A stretch of 64,000 nt of DNA from NCBI GenBank assembly GCA_001662655.1, contig KV460219.1; one strand, 5' to 3'. The translations under genes and the position numbers were made by a program. Numbering within the stretch: the first letter of the stretch is position 1; each line of letters begins with the position of its first letter. Positions 62,256 through 64,000 of this stretch are shown here, one piece after another. Origin of the DNA: Pseudogymnoascus verrucosus (taxonomy: Eukaryota). The notes beneath the pieces were generated by a model. That model was given only the letters and a program-made list of their open reading frames with translations. It did not search any database and was not told the origin of the DNA.

Positions 62256-62600
62256 ATGAAACTTACCACCACCCCCCTCTTCCTCACCCTCCTCGCCCTA
62301 TCCATCCACCCCTCATCCGCAGCACCAGCAGCGGATTTCGAGTGGGAATGGGCCCTAGGCAACCCGTGCAAGACACCTGGTCAAGTGTGTTGCAGCGATT
62401 ACCACTCCAAACTGTGCGTAACTGACCACTTTCCCCATCTTACAGAGTTACAGAAGGCTGATTATCTCCGGCGGGATAGGCTGAATCAAGACATGTATGT
62501 TTGTGCTGGAAGCCCACCAAGATGGACGCTTCAGGCGACTTGTGGTCCGAAAACGTGGTGTTATGTCGATTATGGGAAGAATTGGGCTTGGTGTGGGTAG
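62256..62600 (+). CDS. Small secreted Cys-rich protein, tandem paralog 1 (probable in-frame intron 62414-62479)
   Basis: Signal peptide; C-terminal YVCAGSPPRWTLQATCGPKTWCYVDYGKNWAWCG; a GTGCGT..GATAG segment at the same position and phase as the paralog introns. Confidence 0.85.
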   Translation: MKLTTTPLFLTLLALSIHPSSAAPAADFEWEWALGNPCKTPGQVCCSDYHSKLCVTDHFPHLTELQKADYLRRDRLNQDMYVCAGSPPRWTLQATCGPKTWCYVDYGKNWAWCG

Positions 62601-62878
62601 ATGTTGAGATGATGGGAGGGGGGAGGTCTTGAAGGATGCGAAGGATGCGAGGTGCGTGGATGACAGGTTCAACAGAGATATAGTAATTCCAAAGCTTCCC
62701 GTCATTGTATCACGTCCTTCTGCTTCTCGTCAAACGCAGCCTTGGGTATAAAGATAGTCAGTCAACCGTAGTCAATTAGCACTTTTTGGATCATTCCTTT
62801 TTGGATTCCAGCTCTAAGACCACCATCACCATCATCGTCGATAACCTCACTCCTCCCTCCCTCCCTCACCTCCCAAAA

Positions 62879-63192
62879 ATGAAGCTCACCACCACCTCCC
62901 TCCTCCTAACCATCCTAACCATCTCCACTCCATCTGCCAGCCAATGGATAACCGAGGGCAGTCTCTGCTCCCCCGCTGCTAAAGTTGCATACAGCTACTT
63001 AAATGCGTGCGTAATCCCCTACCATGTTGTTTCTACCTCCTACAGCAGATGACTTATTCCTAGCTGGATAGACCTCAATCGCAGATATATGTTTGTGCTG
63101 GAAGTCCCACGGTGTGGCAGTTCCAGGCTGATTGCCCGGGTGGAAAGGAGTGTTATTTGGATGAGAGCAAGAACTGGGCTTGGTGTGCTTAA
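62879..63192 (+). CDS. Small secreted Cys-rich protein, tandem paralog 2 (intron 63007-63071)
   Basis: MKLTTTSLLLTILTISTPSAS...; exon 2 reads PQSQIYVCAGSPTVWQFQADCPGGKECYLDESKNWAWCA*; TATAAA at ~62747. Confidence 0.8.
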
Positions 63193-63606
63193 TGGTGAGG
63201 TGGTGGAGGGGGCGGGGGGGCGGGGAGGCTGAAAATGTAGGATAAGCGGTATGTGGTGTGGGGGCTTGAAAGATATGTCGTGAAATGAGGATGCCGGAAT
63301 GCCACTCGGGCTATAGTCATGCTGTATCTTCCGCTCTACTTCATTTTATTCTATGATACTACATTCTATCGTATTGCGCTCTACACTAATATATGTCTCA
63401 TATGATATGGTATTAGACTCTACTATAATACATATTATCTAACATGATCCTGTATTTGGGCTTCTCACATTCTGTCCGGAGCATAAATAATCAGTCATCT
63501 TCTCTCTAATTCCGAAGATCCCCATCATCACCATCAGCCTCTACTCGAATATAACATCAATCGTTCCATAAACCACTCATCACGTAAGTCCAATTCAACG
63601 AACAAA

Positions 63607-63918
63607 ATAAAGCCCATTGCCGCCTCCTTATTCCTCACCATAGCCAGTCTAGCTACCGCCGCACCAGGGCCATTAGCTCCACCAGCCATGGGCGAGCGAT
63701 GCCCCAAATATAAAGACGTTACATGCGGCGTTAGTAATGAGTCTGTATTCCTAGATCCTCTTGTGATGTGACAGGTGGCCAATTACAAGGTGTATAGTGG
63801 CTTCGACCAAGTATATGTCTGCTCTGGAAATCCCCGGGTATGGAAATTTAGGGAGCATTGCTATCGGGGCATGGTGTGCAAATATGATGCTAGTATGAAC
63901 CGTGCTTGGGGTGAGTAG
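63607..63918 (+). pseudogene. Tandem paralog 3 with start codon ATG changed to ATA (intron 63741-63797)
   Basis: caaaATAaag where the paralogs have aaaATGaa; intact signal-peptide-like frame KPIAASLFLTIASLATA; exon 2 GFDQVYVCSGNPRVWKFREHCYRGMVCKYDASMNRAWGE* lacks the last Cys. Confidence 0.7.
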
Positions 63919-64000
63919 TGTTGAGGTGAAAACGAAGGGGGGTTGATCTTGTGAGATGTAGCGTATCTGCAATAATTAGTTAGACGGAGTTATCATATCC

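Noticed and set aside
1..64000. Starship captain, intact transposase, tRNA or rRNA genes
   Set aside because: No tyrosine-recombinase or DDE ORF and no structured RNA gene recognised by eye.

Overview
Eukaryotic, intron-containing DNA from a filamentous ascomycete (short GT..AG introns with CTRAC/CTAAT branch points). The genus cannot be proven from the sequence; a Leotiomycete such as Pseudogymnoascus is only an impression. The first 22 kb carry an F-box gene, an intact UV-damage endonuclease (uve1), a ~2085-aa kinase-Sel1-ankyrin-TPR protein that the ORF track splits in two, a PhoD-like phosphatase and the Kex2 protease. The remaining 42 kb look accessory and secretome-rich: secreted PLA2, a proline-rich P-loop GTPase, an alpha/beta hydrolase, a CBM21-GH13 amylase, a divergent LysM-effector / killer-toxin-like GH18 chitinase pair with a stop-riddled pseudogene between them, an SGNH esterase, GH105 plus a sugar transporter, and a His1 LPMO-like secreted protein. 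Several small Cys-rich secreted peptide genes appear only after manual splicing. Best leads: (1) a spliced, KR-processed cationic peptide whose first helix resembles aureocin A53-type leaderless bacteriocins, inside a small island of candidate antimicrobial genes next to KEX2; (2) an LPMO-like protein with a putative histidine brace; (3) a three-copy tandem peptide family in different stages of decay; (4) a clean hAT-type MITE and two periodic arrays sharing a GGAARGAACGA core. All exon boundaries were read by eye and family names are from memory, not from searches.
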